In this document: in pieces, positions 13,317-25,381 of the stretch | How positions within the stretch are numbered: the first letter of the stretch is position 1 | How the letters are laid out: each line of letters begins with the position of its first letter | NCBI GenBank assembly: GCA_033442325.1 | Contig: JAWQFM010000009.1 | Span: 675,597-739,596 of the forward strand | Length of the DNA: 64,000 nucleotides | Source: Salpingoeca rosetta | Lineage: Eukaryota > Protista > Choanoflagellata | Reading direction: 5' to 3' | Notes under the pieces: generated by a model | Told to the model about the DNA's origin: nothing | Database searches by the model: none | Seen by the model: only the letters and a program-made list of their open reading frames with translations | Translations under genes and position numbers: made by a program

Positions 13317-14689
13317 GGTGATGGCTGCGATGATGCTGTCTTGATCTGCGGCGTCAACGCCGAGCTCTGCCAGCGCCGCCGAGTCCAGCAGCGGCAGCAC
13401 CCGTCCTCGGATATGCTGGTGGCGTACAGCGACAGGGAGCAAGGGAGGGGCAGTGGGAGCCACAGATAAGACACAAAGGTGGGACACGGAGGTGGGGCAC
13501 AGAGGTGAGGCACAGAGGCGAGACACAGAGGTGAAGGGGGGGGGGTGAGAAGGCTGTCGGGCACCCCTGGAGCATTTTGTGCCGTATGAAGCGAAACTGC
13601 CAGGCGTGGCAAAGCACAGCACGCCCAAATGTAGCTATGCGGTCACGAGGACAACCACCACGCCCGTGACAGCAGTGTTGTCTCACATTGTTCTGGAAGG
13701 CTGCGGCATAGTCTGCGTAAGCGGGGCTTTGGCTGGCAAGCCACGAGGCCACGTCCTGCAGCGTCCAGTCCGGCACTGGCGTCAACAGGTAGCACATGTG
13801 AGCAGCAACACTGCGAACGAAAGCAAAACGACCGCGCAACACAGCATCCATCCATGTATGCATGCAGCCAACACTGCGCAAGCACAGCAGCGGTCCTGTG
13901 CGAGCTCACAAGAGGAAGGGTCTGGCGCTGTGATGGTTTTGTCCAGGTCAATGCTGCCCTGGCTGTCTGTGGACATGAGCATTGACTGCCCATTCAAGCT
14001 CAGGTCCGGCATATCATTCAGAATGTCCTCAGAGGACCGTTGCTTCGCTGTTGGTGTGTGTGTGTGTGTGTGTGGGTGGGGGGGGGTGAATGGAAACCGT
14101 CATAGTGTGTCAGAAATCACATGTTCTCCCCCCCCCCCCTTTCCATCATCCCCTCGCCTACATCCACACACACACACACCTACATCCACACACACACACA
14201 AACAAACAAATGCCGTGCCACCATACGTTGGATGCGGCGAAGGTTGTGTGTCCTGCGCTTGGCGCTCTTGTGCAAGACTTCGCCGCACTCACGGCAAAAG
14301 TGCTCCTCGCACTCCTCACAAAACAACAGCGCAAGCTCATCCTCGCAGTTGCTGCAGTTGGGCACGTCCCCGCTCACTAAACAAACACACAAACACACGC
14401 ACACACACACACGCACGCACGCACGCACACACACACACACACAACGTTCAAACACGCACACACACACACAATGTTCAAACACGCACACACACACGCACAC
14501 ACACACAAGCAGGCCACGGAGTAAAGCACAGCCCGCCGTGAACGTAAGCGTGAGAGTCAAGAAGAAGCCGATAAGGAGGAGGGGAGAGCAGAGCAAGACA
14601 CGCCGCCCAGCAGCACCAGCCCACACACCCCTCAATCGTGTCATCACCACCCACCCATCCATGTCAACCAACACACCGGATTCCGCCAT
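13074..14689 (-). CDS. Small B-box zinc finger + SAM domain protein (spliced; termini approximate)
   Basis: Exon CSNCEDELALLFCEECEEHFCRECGEVLHKSAKRRTHNL (B-box type 1). Exons VPDWTLQDVASWLASQSPAYADYAAAFQNN|HIRGRVLPLLDSAALAELGV (SAM consensus W.xxDV.xWL...Y...F....I.G..L..L....L.ELG). Confidence 0.75.
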
Positions 14690-14853
14690 CGCTGTTGCCT
14701 TGAAGGTCAGGTAGGAGTGACGAAAAATAACAAAAGACAACAAAGGAAATTCCATGTCTGGATATGGCGGGCAAAGAACGTGTCCAGCCACCACTGGTGT
14801 TCACGCACACAAAACCACACATCCACACCCCACACAAACCTTCCCCAGCTTCA

Positions 14854-15582
14854 TCACTGCTCGAGGTCTGAAAAGTATGACGTGAGGGCAAGCTGCACGC
14901 TGTGCCAAGACGCTGGGGGTGTGGGACACGCAGCGTTCACAGCCGCAGCATCCAACAGCACCACGGGTGACAAAGAAGAGGACGTCGCTGTTGAACAAGA
15001 AGCTGGCGGTGGTGGGCGCTGTGACTGTGGCTGTGGCTGTTGGTGCTGGTGTGGATTTGAAGTCCTCTGACAAGCAACCTCTCGCACTCTTGCGTCAAAC
15101 CCTTGCCTGTGTGCACCTCTGCTGTTGGACTGCTTGTGCGCCCCACCACCGTTGGTGTCTTGCTTCAGTGTTGTGTGTTGTTGCTGTGCTGCCTTCCCCC
15201 TGTCCATGTCGCGGGACTGCTGAGACAGGGATGTGGACGTTGTGACAGCGGCGGAGGAGGAAGAAGAGGAAGAGGTTCCAAACTGCAGCGGCTTGAACCG
15301 CCCGCCATCCCCGCGTTTCGCACGCTTGTGCAAGTCTGAGGATGTCGTGCTTGTGGCGGCAACGTGGTGCTGCTGCTGTGCTTGTTCCTGAGGTATCACA
15401 CTCGTCGCTGCGTGGTGCTGCTGCTGCTGATGGCCACCGGCTTCGAGAGCGCGCCGCCTGCTGCTGGCGCCCGTGCTGGTGCCCGTGCTCGTGCTGGCTT
15501 TTCTCGTTCGCAGCCTGAGCCGCGGCCGTGTTGTCCGCCCTCGAAACACAACCTCCTCCTCCTCTGCTGCTTCGTCGGCCAT
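14854..15582 (-). CDS. Hypothetical low-complexity protein (~242 aa, [16 protein letters not shown]...)
   Basis: Microsatellite-free ORF beginning at a gccATGG context, divergent from the DUF1214-like gene. No recognisable domain, and hidden introns cannot be excluded. Confidence 0.45.
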   Translation of the reverse strand: MADEAAEEEEVVFRGRTTRPRLRLRTRKASTSTGTSTGASSRRRALEAGGHQQQQHHAATSVIPQEQAQQQHHVAATSTTSSDLHKRAKRGDGGRFKPLQFGTSSSSSSSAAVTTSTSLSQQSRDMDRGKAAQQQHTTLKQDTNGGGAHKQSNSRGAHRQGFDARVREVACQRTSNPHQHQQPQPQSQRPPPPASCSTATSSSLSPVVLLDAAAVNAACPTPPASWHSVQLALTSYFSDLEQ

Positions 15583-15700
15583 GGCTTGCTTGATTGCTGG
15601 GGGGTGGTGGCAGTTGTGGGCGATTTGTGGATATCGCGCACCAAATTTCCTCGCGTCGACAACAAACAAACACCAACCACCACCACCACCATCCATCATC

Positions 15701-15759
15701 ATGTGGGGAACACTGTCCCTGGCCATCTTGGTCACCTCTCTCATCTTCCTCTTTCGCAA

Positions 15760-15803
<44 letters not shown>

Positions 15804-15876
15804 GTGTGTGTGCGTGCGTGTGCGTCCGTGTGCGTGTGCGTGCGTGTGCGTGTGCGTGTGCGTGCGTGTGCGTGCG

Positions 15877-15907
<31 letters not shown>

Positions 15908-17504
15908 TTGTGTCGGATACCTTGTGGGCTGTTTTGTTATGCCCTGGTGCGTGTGATTGACCGCGTGCTTCCCCTCTTGCACCCTCTTTTTCACGTGTTC
16001 CTTGCCCCCACCTACCCCCAACAAGGCTTTCGATCGGGCATCTTTGCCATCGCCATTGGTTATCGCGCTCTAGTTCACTGGTATCGCAACTTGCGTGGCC
16101 TTACGCCAGGTGTGTAGGCCCGCGTGTGTGCATATGTGTGTGTGCATGTGTGCGCCTGTGTGAGTGTGTGCATGTGTGTGCATGTGTGTGTGCGAGGAAC
16201 TATGACATTCGAGCGCGCCCGGGCGCGCGTCACGTGCTCACATGTGTCGAAGACCTCTCGTTCGCGCATGGCTCTTATCGCGCAACTCAACACACAGTCA
16301 CAAAAGCGCGCGTTGACATCATTTCCTTCGACGCTCATCCCACGCCCATGCAACACCCCTCAGATGACATCCATGAGCGCCGCATTGTGTCTGGGCAAGC
16401 CTGGGATGAGTTCTGCGACGCCATAAAGGCCGCTGGTGTGTGTGTGTGTGTGCATCGCGGCGCACAGTGTGTTGCTCTGACTTCACCCTTGTACGTCGTT
16501 GAGGCATGTTTGCCACTCAGTTTTTGGCACTCACGTTGCGTCTTGTGCATGCACTTGTTCCTAGGCGCTGTCCTTTCCATGCCGGGCACGCCCCAGGACC
16601 CTTTCAACCAGGTCGGGGCACCTGTATTGCAGTGGATGAGCTGTGCATTGTTGTTCGTGCTCGCGGATCTGATGTGCGCGTGGATGTAATCCTCGTTCCC
16701 CTCACACCTGCCTTGTGGACAAACACTCCTTCCCTCCCCCCGTGCCCTCATTGAGGCTCTTTTATGTCCTGCATCTTCACTCTCGACATCCTTCACCTTC
16801 ACGCTCGACAACCTTCACGTGTTCCTGCACGAAACCTTCAACGCCTTGATTGACTTGACCGCCTGTGACAGGCCGAAGGCTATCGATACTTGTCCCGGCT
16901 CATTCGCGGCGGCCTGGAGAACTTTGTCGAGTGCAGCGACCCCTTGCGCCCGCGGCTCAACGCCATCGCCAATGGTCTCCGCCCTGCCCCGATCAAGCTC
17001 GGGTCCGATAGCCCGGACAACCTCTACGAGAGCGCAGTCATCGACGGGCGCTTCACTTACCGCTTGAAGGTGAACGGCCCTGCGCGAGAGATTGTGTTTG
17101 TATGTGTGTGTTTGTGGCTGGGATTGTGTGTGTGTTCGTGTTTGTGTGTGTGCGTGTGTGTGTTTGTGTGCGTGTGTGTGGCGAGGATTGTGTGCGTGTG
17201 CGCGCGTGCAGTTGTCACACACACACACTCACTCACACACACACACACTCACGCACACACTTACACTCGTACTCATACTGACACACACACACACACATAC
17301 CCTCACTCACACACACACTCACGCACACACTCACACACTCTCTCCTCCCTCCCAACCTTCTTCCTTCGTCACTGACACTCAACAACCCTCCTCCCTTTGC
17401 CCGCCGTTTCTGTCATCAGGGTACTCGCGGCACACCCAAGATTCTCGGCTTTGGCACACAGGTCGCGCAACTGCCATCGCTGTCACACACCGAGAGAGCA
17501 CGTC

Positions 17505-17544
<40 letters not shown>

Positions 17545-18430
17545 CGTGTGTGTGTTTGTATGTGTATCATCACCCTCCTCGTATTCACTTCCACAACGCA
17601 CACACGCACACCCATACGCGCACACACACACGCAACACACACACACACACACACTCGAACGCACGCACACACGCAACACACACGCACCATGTGTCTACAT
17701 GTCAGGCGGGCCGGTATGGGGGCGACGGCGGCCTGAAGACAGTCGACTACAAGACCATCGATGATATGGGTACGTGTGTGTGTGTGCATGTGCATGTGCA
17801 TGCGTGTGTGTGTGCATTTGTGTGGTCTCCCTGTCTTTGAGTGGGGTGTGTTCACATGTTTGCGACAACATCACAACCTCACAATGCCGCGTGTTGACTG
17901 CAACTGCACTTCTCTTCCTCCTCCTTCTGCAGTTGTCAACGCGGACGGCACCTTCGAAGTCTATGTAGGTCCTCATGCAGCGCGCCTCAATTTTCGTTCG
18001 TTTTCATTTCCTGCCGTTTACACCCGCGCCATCACAAATACTGCCCTACCTTCCTCACACACACACACACGAACAAACAAACAAACAAACAAACAAACAA
18101 ACAAACAAACAAACAAACAAACAAACAAACAAACAAACAAACAAACAAACAAACAAACAAACAAACAAACAAACAAACAAACAAACACAAACGCGCACAG
18201 CTTGGCCCCCGAAAGCCCGACGCGTGCCCGGACAGCAACTATCTGCGCACATTGGAAACGCCAGCCGAGGGCATGCTGCTTGTGCGCCAGACGTTTGGTG
18301 TGCGTACCAAAGAAACACCGGCACAGGTACGTCGACGCTGCTACACGTCCGCCGCCATCATGTTCTCTGGTCTAGCCTGTCAATATCCACTCCATCCTCA
18401 CACACTCACACTCACACGCTCACACACACA

Positions 18431-18469
<39 letters not shown>

Positions 18470-19343
18470 GCACATCAGCTTGAGATTGAGTGCATAACCG
18501 CATCACCCGGCGGGAGCAGCAGCAAGCTGACGTGTGCGGCGCTTGACACTGCGCTCAGCTCCGCACAGCTGTTCATTGCTGGCGCCCCAGCCATGTTTGC
18601 CCACTGGGCCGCGGGCTTTCAGAAGCACAAGAACCAGCTCCCGCTCTTTGACCAGGTGGTGGTGATTGTGTGCGTGCGTGCGTGTGTGCGTGTGTGCGTG
18701 TGTGTGTGTGTGTGTGTTTGCGTTCTTACCATCTGTGTATCTCCCCCTTTGCCCATCATTTCAGGAGTTGTCCAATAGCGTTGGTGGCGACCCGAACATC
18801 CGCTACTTCCACTCGTATTGGGAGCTGAAGGACGACGAGGCGCTGGTGATTGAGGCAACCCCGCCCCCGTGCAAGTTCTGGAACTTCCAACTCAACAACC
18901 ACTGGATGGAGAGCCTGGACTATAGGTATTTCCCCATCCACGTGAACAAGGTGCGAGCAGCTGCCACTGTGACGCGTTATGTTGGGTTGAAGTGGAGGAT
19001 GCCTGCTCTGGCACACGCAGCCGTCTCAGTGTGTGTGTATGTGTATGTTCACATTTTCATGTGCATGTGTGCGTGTGGCGCGCCCGTGCACGTGTTCACA
19101 TGTGGACATTTGTGTCTGTGTGCATGAATTACGCCCCGCCTCGGTTGATTGTCGCTCACCTGTGCATATTTGTATGCATCGGTCCCCGCAGTACACCGCA
19201 AAATACAAGCGGGATGGGAGCATCATGATCATCGTGTCCAAGGAGGACCCTCATCTCTCGCAGTACGTGTGTGTTGTGTTGTGTTGTGTTGTGCGTTATT
19301 TTTGCAAAACGTGATGTGGAAGCGTTGCGCACACTTTCACCTG

Positions 19344-19432
<89 letters not shown>

Positions 19433-19610
19433 CACACACACACAAACACGCGCGCACAGGGAGACGTACACGTGGTTGTCAACGACGGACCATAACTGCG
19501 GCACAATGTCGTTTCGGTGGATTCTTCCGGAGGTCGATGGCCCAGACCTGCCACACCCGCACACGCGCGTCGAATCCATTGCGCAACTCAAGGAGACACA
19601 GGCACATTGA
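15701..19610 (+). CDS. DUF1214-like bacterial-type protein with N-terminal hydrophobic anchor; 13 exons/12 introns
   Basis: Spliced product [20 protein letters not shown]...[16 protein letters not shown]...[21 protein letters not shown]...[29 protein letters not shown]...[12 protein letters not shown]...LLVRQTF...[47 protein letters not shown]...[13 protein letters not shown]...[16 protein letters not shown]. These motifs match bacterial DUF1214-family proteins as I recall them. Checked junctions keep frame with GT-AG. Confidence 0.85.
18073..18185. repeat. (AAAC)n tetranucleotide microsatellite running almost to the acceptor of a DUF1214 intron
   Basis: Read directly. Confidence 0.92.
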
Positions 19611-20566
19611 GCGGCCAGTGCAGTGCCATCGATTTCACAACACACAACACACAACACACAACACACACACACTCTGTATTTACGCCTCGCTTCATCATCT
19701 CACCTCCTCATCGTCACTGGCGCTTGCTATGCTCCCTCCTCCCTCTGATTTGTTGTTACCCGCCTTCCATTACCACAAAACGCTGCCAGCAGTGCTGGTG
19801 TGTGTTTTCATTGTGTTGCACACGAGTTGGCACGCAAGACGCGAGCGCACAGCGTGGGGCAGACGTGCACATGCATGGTATCAGACAACACCCGACGAAG
19901 CTCAAGCAAGCCACCCTTTGTTTTGTCCTTGGGGCATGGCGATTCTCGCCAGCAATGCACCCGATGCGTGTGTGTGCATGTGCGTGTGTGTGTGCGCCTT
20001 GTTTGGACAACCTATTACGTGTGCATGGCTTCACCGCTCGCGTCCGCAGCCTGGATGATGTATGCAGTGGACCAGAGACAACGGTTAGGCATGCGATGTG
20101 GTATTGCTGATACGCTCTGCCATTGCTCGTGTGTTCGCGCGCGTGTGTGTGTGTGTGTCTCTCTCTCTCTCCGCCCCCCCCCCCTTTCCTCACTTCTCCA
20201 CGCACACCCACTCTCCCTCTTTCCCTCCTCCTCCCTCCGCCAGCAGTCTCAAACATGAAAAAAAAGCACAAAACACCTCACGTCAAATCAGACGTGCAAG
20301 CTGTCAAAATTGATTGGCGTGCAAGGTGGTGGTGCAAGGCAGAGAATAAAGCGCGGAAAACAGACGCTTGCCTGAAAAAGCAACAGCGCGAAAACAGCTT
20401 GTGTCAGCAAGCGCTCGAGTGGTGCGTTCACATCACATCGCACCACTTCCGCCACTCGACAAGAGACGATACAACACGCATCACCGTAACCGCAAACGCA
20501 ACCAACGCCACCAACGCCACCAACGCCACCAACCCACCACCCACAACGCGACGCGAAGAGCAAGCC

Positions 20567-20907
20567 ATGGACTCACCACCAGCGGATATGCCCGCAAAGT
20601 GCGCTGCAGTTGTGACGTGCGAATGCCCGTCTGCGTGCCTCGTGTTGCTGCTGTGGTCGCTGCGCTTGCTTGCTGTTCGTGCCTCTGCTTGCGGCGAGTG
20701 TCGACAACGGAGCGCATAAACAGCTGCGGGCGTTCTCGCACAAGCAAGCCACTGCCTTGGCACCATGTCGCTCATCTGCAATCCTGTCGTCTCCCACACT
20801 GCATGTGCCTGTGCTTGTGTGAGCAGGCGGCCCAAGGTCTTGCGCCGCTCAGCCCGGCAGGCAGCTCGCAGAGCGCGCCTGCAGGCCGAGTCAAACGTAT
20901 GTGCCTT

Positions 20908-20947
<40 letters not shown>

Positions 20948-22680
20948 AGTGAGTGAGTGAGTGTGTGTGTGTGTGTGCGCGTGTGCATGAGTGAGTGAGT
21001 GTGTGTATGTGTGTGTGCGCGCGTGCACGCGTGTGTGTTTGTGAGTGTGCATATGTGTGTGTGTGTGAGTGTGAGTTTGTATGTGTATGCGTGTGTAAAC
21101 GCATGCTCTTGAACATCACATGTAGCCTGCCCTGCGTGGTAAGACACACTCGTGCGCGCAAAGGCCGCAACGCGTTTCAAATACCTGCACACACACACTC
21201 TCTCTCTCACCCAATCACTCACCCACACCCAACACACCAACATACGTGTCTCCACTTTTGCGCACCAGAAGCTTCAAGAGCAGGACGTCGCCTATGTTCC
21301 CAAGGATGCGGCGTTCTGGCGGCCAAGTTCCCGCGCTGCAAGCAACACACACACGCCCACCAACACCACGCCTGACCATGCCAACGCTGCTCCTTCAGCG
21401 TCCTCCTCGTCTGCATCGTCTTCCACCACCACGACCACCACGACCACCACCTCCTCGTCTTCCACCACCACTTCCACCACCACCACCTCGTCTTCGTCCT
21501 CCTCCTCGTCTTCGTCGTCCTCCTCCTCCGCCACTGTGTCTTCCATCACCCCATCTACCGGCACTTCCGCCACCAACAGCACCAGCAGCACCAGCAGCAG
21601 CATCATGGCCACCGTGGCCACCTCCCCCACTGACTCGCCCGCCTCCGCGCCTTCCACATGCAGTTTCTCTGCTCCCAACATCACCACCTTCGACATTGAA
21701 GAGCGTTTGCGCGCCATCAGGGCGGGTCGACGCAAGCGCGCCGGCAACGACAGCGAAATGCACAGCGACGATGAAGACCTCACTCCCCGGGTCGGCCGCG
21801 GGTTGCCCATGAGACACGTTGAGGTCATCAACCACCAGCGAGATGCACACGACGACTTCAAGTACATCGACAGGCCGCAGTACCATCAGAGCGGCGGGGC
21901 GCACCGCCTGTACCGGCACAGCGAGTACAATGAGAAAGAAATCCACAAGCTGTACATGCTCGAATGCACAGCCATGCCGCGTACAGCGAAGATGATCCAC
22001 GACAGCATCGTGCGCCTGTTGCAGGGGCGCATGCACTGTGTCCTGGACTTTGCCCAAGACGAGGACGGCAAGTTCCGCCACTATTACTTCTTCTGCAGCT
22101 GCACCACCGCACAAGTGAACCGCATCAGCAAGCGAGAGCTGCCCGTCTATCGCGAAAAGATCAAGCACTTGTGCACCGAGCTGGGCCGGTTGGGCAATCC
22201 GTACCGCGAGAGCAGCCATCACATCATGGCGTGGCGGGCAAGCTGGAGCCTGGCGGGCGTCGACACGTGGTGTGAGGCCGCATATGCGCCCCCGTACAAC
22301 CGCTGGAGGGAGCCCAAGGCACGCAGCTTCAAGCTGAACCCCAGGTTCGAGTACGCCTATGCCGAGAGCATCTGGTTGGCTGTTGCGCACATGCTCGTCT
22401 CGGGCACCGAAGACATCATCGTCGTGTACGAGGGGCGTGCCAGCGGCACCGTCGTTCACCTCAACCGCCGGCAGCTGAACAGAGCAAGCGCCGCCTTCGA
22501 TTCAGACCTGCTTAAGGGGCACGGCGACCCAAGGCCAGGCACCCTCGACTCAAACCAGATTGAGTTTTGGCTGAGCACCATCACCCGCGCTCTCCAGCCC
22601 CTCTGTGAGCACGGCCCGCCAGTCGTCCGCGTCAGCGAGCGGCTGATTAAAGAAGTCTTCGGCTACACCGACGTCACCCT

Positions 22681-22733
<53 letters not shown>

Positions 22734-23082
22734 CCGAGAGAGTGAGATCCTGCGTCGATAGCACATGTGATCCTTCGTTGACCTACTCATTCACTCACCC
22801 CCAACACACCCCCAACACACCCAACACACCCCCAACACCCCCAACACACCCCCAACACACACACACACACACCACACACTGCAGGAGCCCACAACTGTTC
22901 AAGACTCACGGGTTGCGTTGCGCTGGCCCGACCTCGAGGGCGATGAGGTTGTTCTCGCGGACGAGCGACGCATTCGCCTTGAGCGTCAAGATGCCCGGGA
23001 GGCAATCACGACGCTTCCAAGGAGCCATCAAGAGTGGAGAGCCCTCCACTATGCCAACCAGCGCATCCTTCTGGAAGATTAG
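20567..23082 (+). CDS. Orphan protein, 4 exons (20567-20598, 20827-20896, 21269-22681, 22885-23082); basic NLS-like N-terminus, Ser/Thr linker, unknown globular C-terminal region
   Basis: gccATGG start and phase-compatible GT-AG junctions give MDSPPADMPAKRPKVLRRSARQAARRARLQAESNKLQEQDVAY... A 1.4-kb exon has coding-like codon use, and the last exon ends ...NQRILLED*. Confidence 0.7.
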
Positions 23083-23292
23083 GCGTCTCGACGGTCATTC
23101 TTTCAGCCGACCGTGCTGCTTGCTGTTGGCTGTTGGCTGTTGCTGTCGTTGTCATTGTTGGATGTCGGGTGCTGCTAGTGCCTGTCAACTGTTGAGGATA
23201 ATGACGATCGCGGGTGGTGTTGTTGCTGTCATCATCTCCTCCCCCTTTCTCATTCTCCCACCACCAAGACTGCCATCCTCCTCCTCTCGCAC

Positions 23293-23415
23293 CTTCTTCT
23301 TCTTCTTCTTCTTCTTCTTCTTCTTCTTCTTCTTCTTCTTCTTCTTCTTCTTCTTCTTCTTCTTCTTCTTCTTCTTCTTCTTCTTCTTCTTCTTCTTCTT
23401 CTTCTTCTTCTTCTT
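23293..23415. repeat. (CTT)n/(GAA)n trinucleotide run (~40 units)
   Basis: Read directly, downstream of the orphan gene stop. Confidence 0.95.
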
Positions 23416-24140
23416 CCCCGCTCCTCTTCTTCTGTCACATCTGCCTCTGCTGCTTTTTTTTTTTCGTTCTGCTGCCGCTGCTGCTGCCGCCGCAGCCCCG
23501 TGACGTTCCAGCGCTGGTATTTTCTGTCTCCAGAGAGCGTCATTGCCAATGTCGTCTGGTGCTGGGGCGTTCCCTCACCAATGCGATGATACTTTTTCGT
23601 GCTTTTTTTTTTGTTCCATCTTGAAATGATGTCAGCTTCTGCAAACGCAAAGTCAGGGCGTGAGGGAATGTGTCACCCACTCGATCGACAGGCACAGGAG
23701 AGGGTGGGGAGGCATCAGCACAATCTACAGCACACGAGAAGCAAGCCACAGCACAACCAACACTCACCGTGAAGGCCGCAAAACACGCTGCTTGCAGCTC
23801 CTTCTGCTCCTTCCTGTCAAGGGAATGACATTTCCGGCAAGCACGAAACATGGCCAATGACATTGTCAATCTTCTCATCAAGTTCACAGCCCCAAACCCG
23901 TAAACCCGCACTCACACAGACACATACACAGAGGCACAGACACATACACAGAGGCACAGACACATACACAGAGGCACAGACACATACACAGAGGCACAGA
24001 CACACACACAGACACACAGACGCACATACAGACGCACGCACGCACACAGACGCGGACACCCCCTCAATCAAACAAGTAGTCCACTCACGTTTCAAGAGGA
24101 CTGAGCAGCAACGTCGCGCCTGTCAACGCCGAGCCCCAAG

Positions 24141-25262
24141 ATGCAAACGCCAACAGCAGACACCATCATGAGCACGCCGGCTGCAGTCAACGTTGGCTAC
24201 AACGGCAAGGAGCGGGTCAACGCTCGCACGGAAGGGGTCAGCAACCCATCCATCCAAGATGACGGCCGTGTGCGTCTGTTTTCAGAGGTATGCATGAACC
24301 AACAAGAACAAGACTGAGCTGCATGCATCGCACTTGGCAAACACAACAGTCCGTAAAGCAAAGCCACACACACACACACACACACAGACACACACAGACA
24401 CACAGACACACACACACACAGGCAGGCAGACACACGCGCGCGCGCACACCGTCAAAAGCACACACATACACACACGCAGACACACACACATGCACGCACG
24501 AATGCATACATCTCACGCTGGGCTGTCGCGCTTGCCATGCTCGTGTGCCAGGCGGAAACACGGGGTGATACCGGCTCCCGCAAGACCAACGTCCATGGTG
24601 ACAAGCATTCACACAGCAGTCATCATCGCAACGTGGCTCGCGTGCTGTTCATAACGAAGAGTGGTCGCACCCTCCGAAGCGGTCCACCGCACCCGCTCAG
24701 CCATGGTGTGGGTCGCCAGGGCCGTGCAGTGGTGTGGGCCCGGCAGTTCCACGTGCCCAACAAGCTGCGCACGCGCCCCACCGCTGGCGTCAGTGCCACA
24801 AACTGGCGCTGGACACCGCCGCCGGCTCGCTCAGCGCACATCGTGGATATGGGCTACCCAGGCGCGCGCAAGCACCATAATCACCTCACAGATGGCATCC
24901 AGCACGTTGTGCGTGCGAGGAGGCCTGTGCCAGCTGCAGCCACCACAGCAACACATCCGCTCAGCCATGGTGTGGGTCGCCAGGGCCGTGCAGTGGTGTG
25001 GGCCTGGCAGTTCCACATGCCCAACAAGCTGCGCACGCGCCCCACCGCTGGCGTCAGTGCCACAAACTGGCGCTGGACACCGCCGCCGGCTCGCTCAGCG
25101 CACATCGTGGATATGGGCTACCCAGGCGTGCGCAAGCACCATAATCACCTCACAGATGGCATCCAGCACGTTGTGCGCGCACGGAGGCCTGTGCCAGCTG
25201 CGGCCGCTGGACGCAAGGTGCACCATGTCATCGGCATCACCAGCGAGCAGAGCGAAGTGTAA
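24141..25262 (+). CDS. Possible 2-exon hypothetical protein containing an internal 88-aa duplication
   Basis: Exon (M)[14 protein letters not shown]...RVRLFSE|gtatgc joins in phase 0 to cag|AETRGD... in ORF 24537-25262. No homology recognised. Confidence 0.3.
24693..25203. repeat. Near-identical 264-bp tandem duplication (2 copies)
   Basis: CCGCTCAGCCATGGTGTGGGTCGCCAGGGCC... begins at 24693 and again at 24957, with only a handful of substitutions. Confidence 0.92.
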
Positions 25263-25338
25263 ACTGCTGCTATGCTGGCGGAGGCAGTTGTCGCCCTTGA
25301 AAGCCCAAGTGTGCTGCTGCTGCTGCTGCTGTTGTTGT

Positions 25339-25381
<43 letters not shown>

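Noticed and set aside
21152-23503. 783-aa ORF as a single-exon gene
   Set aside because: It reads through a GT/CA intron at 22682-22884 and a (CTT)n run. The spliced model ends at 23082.
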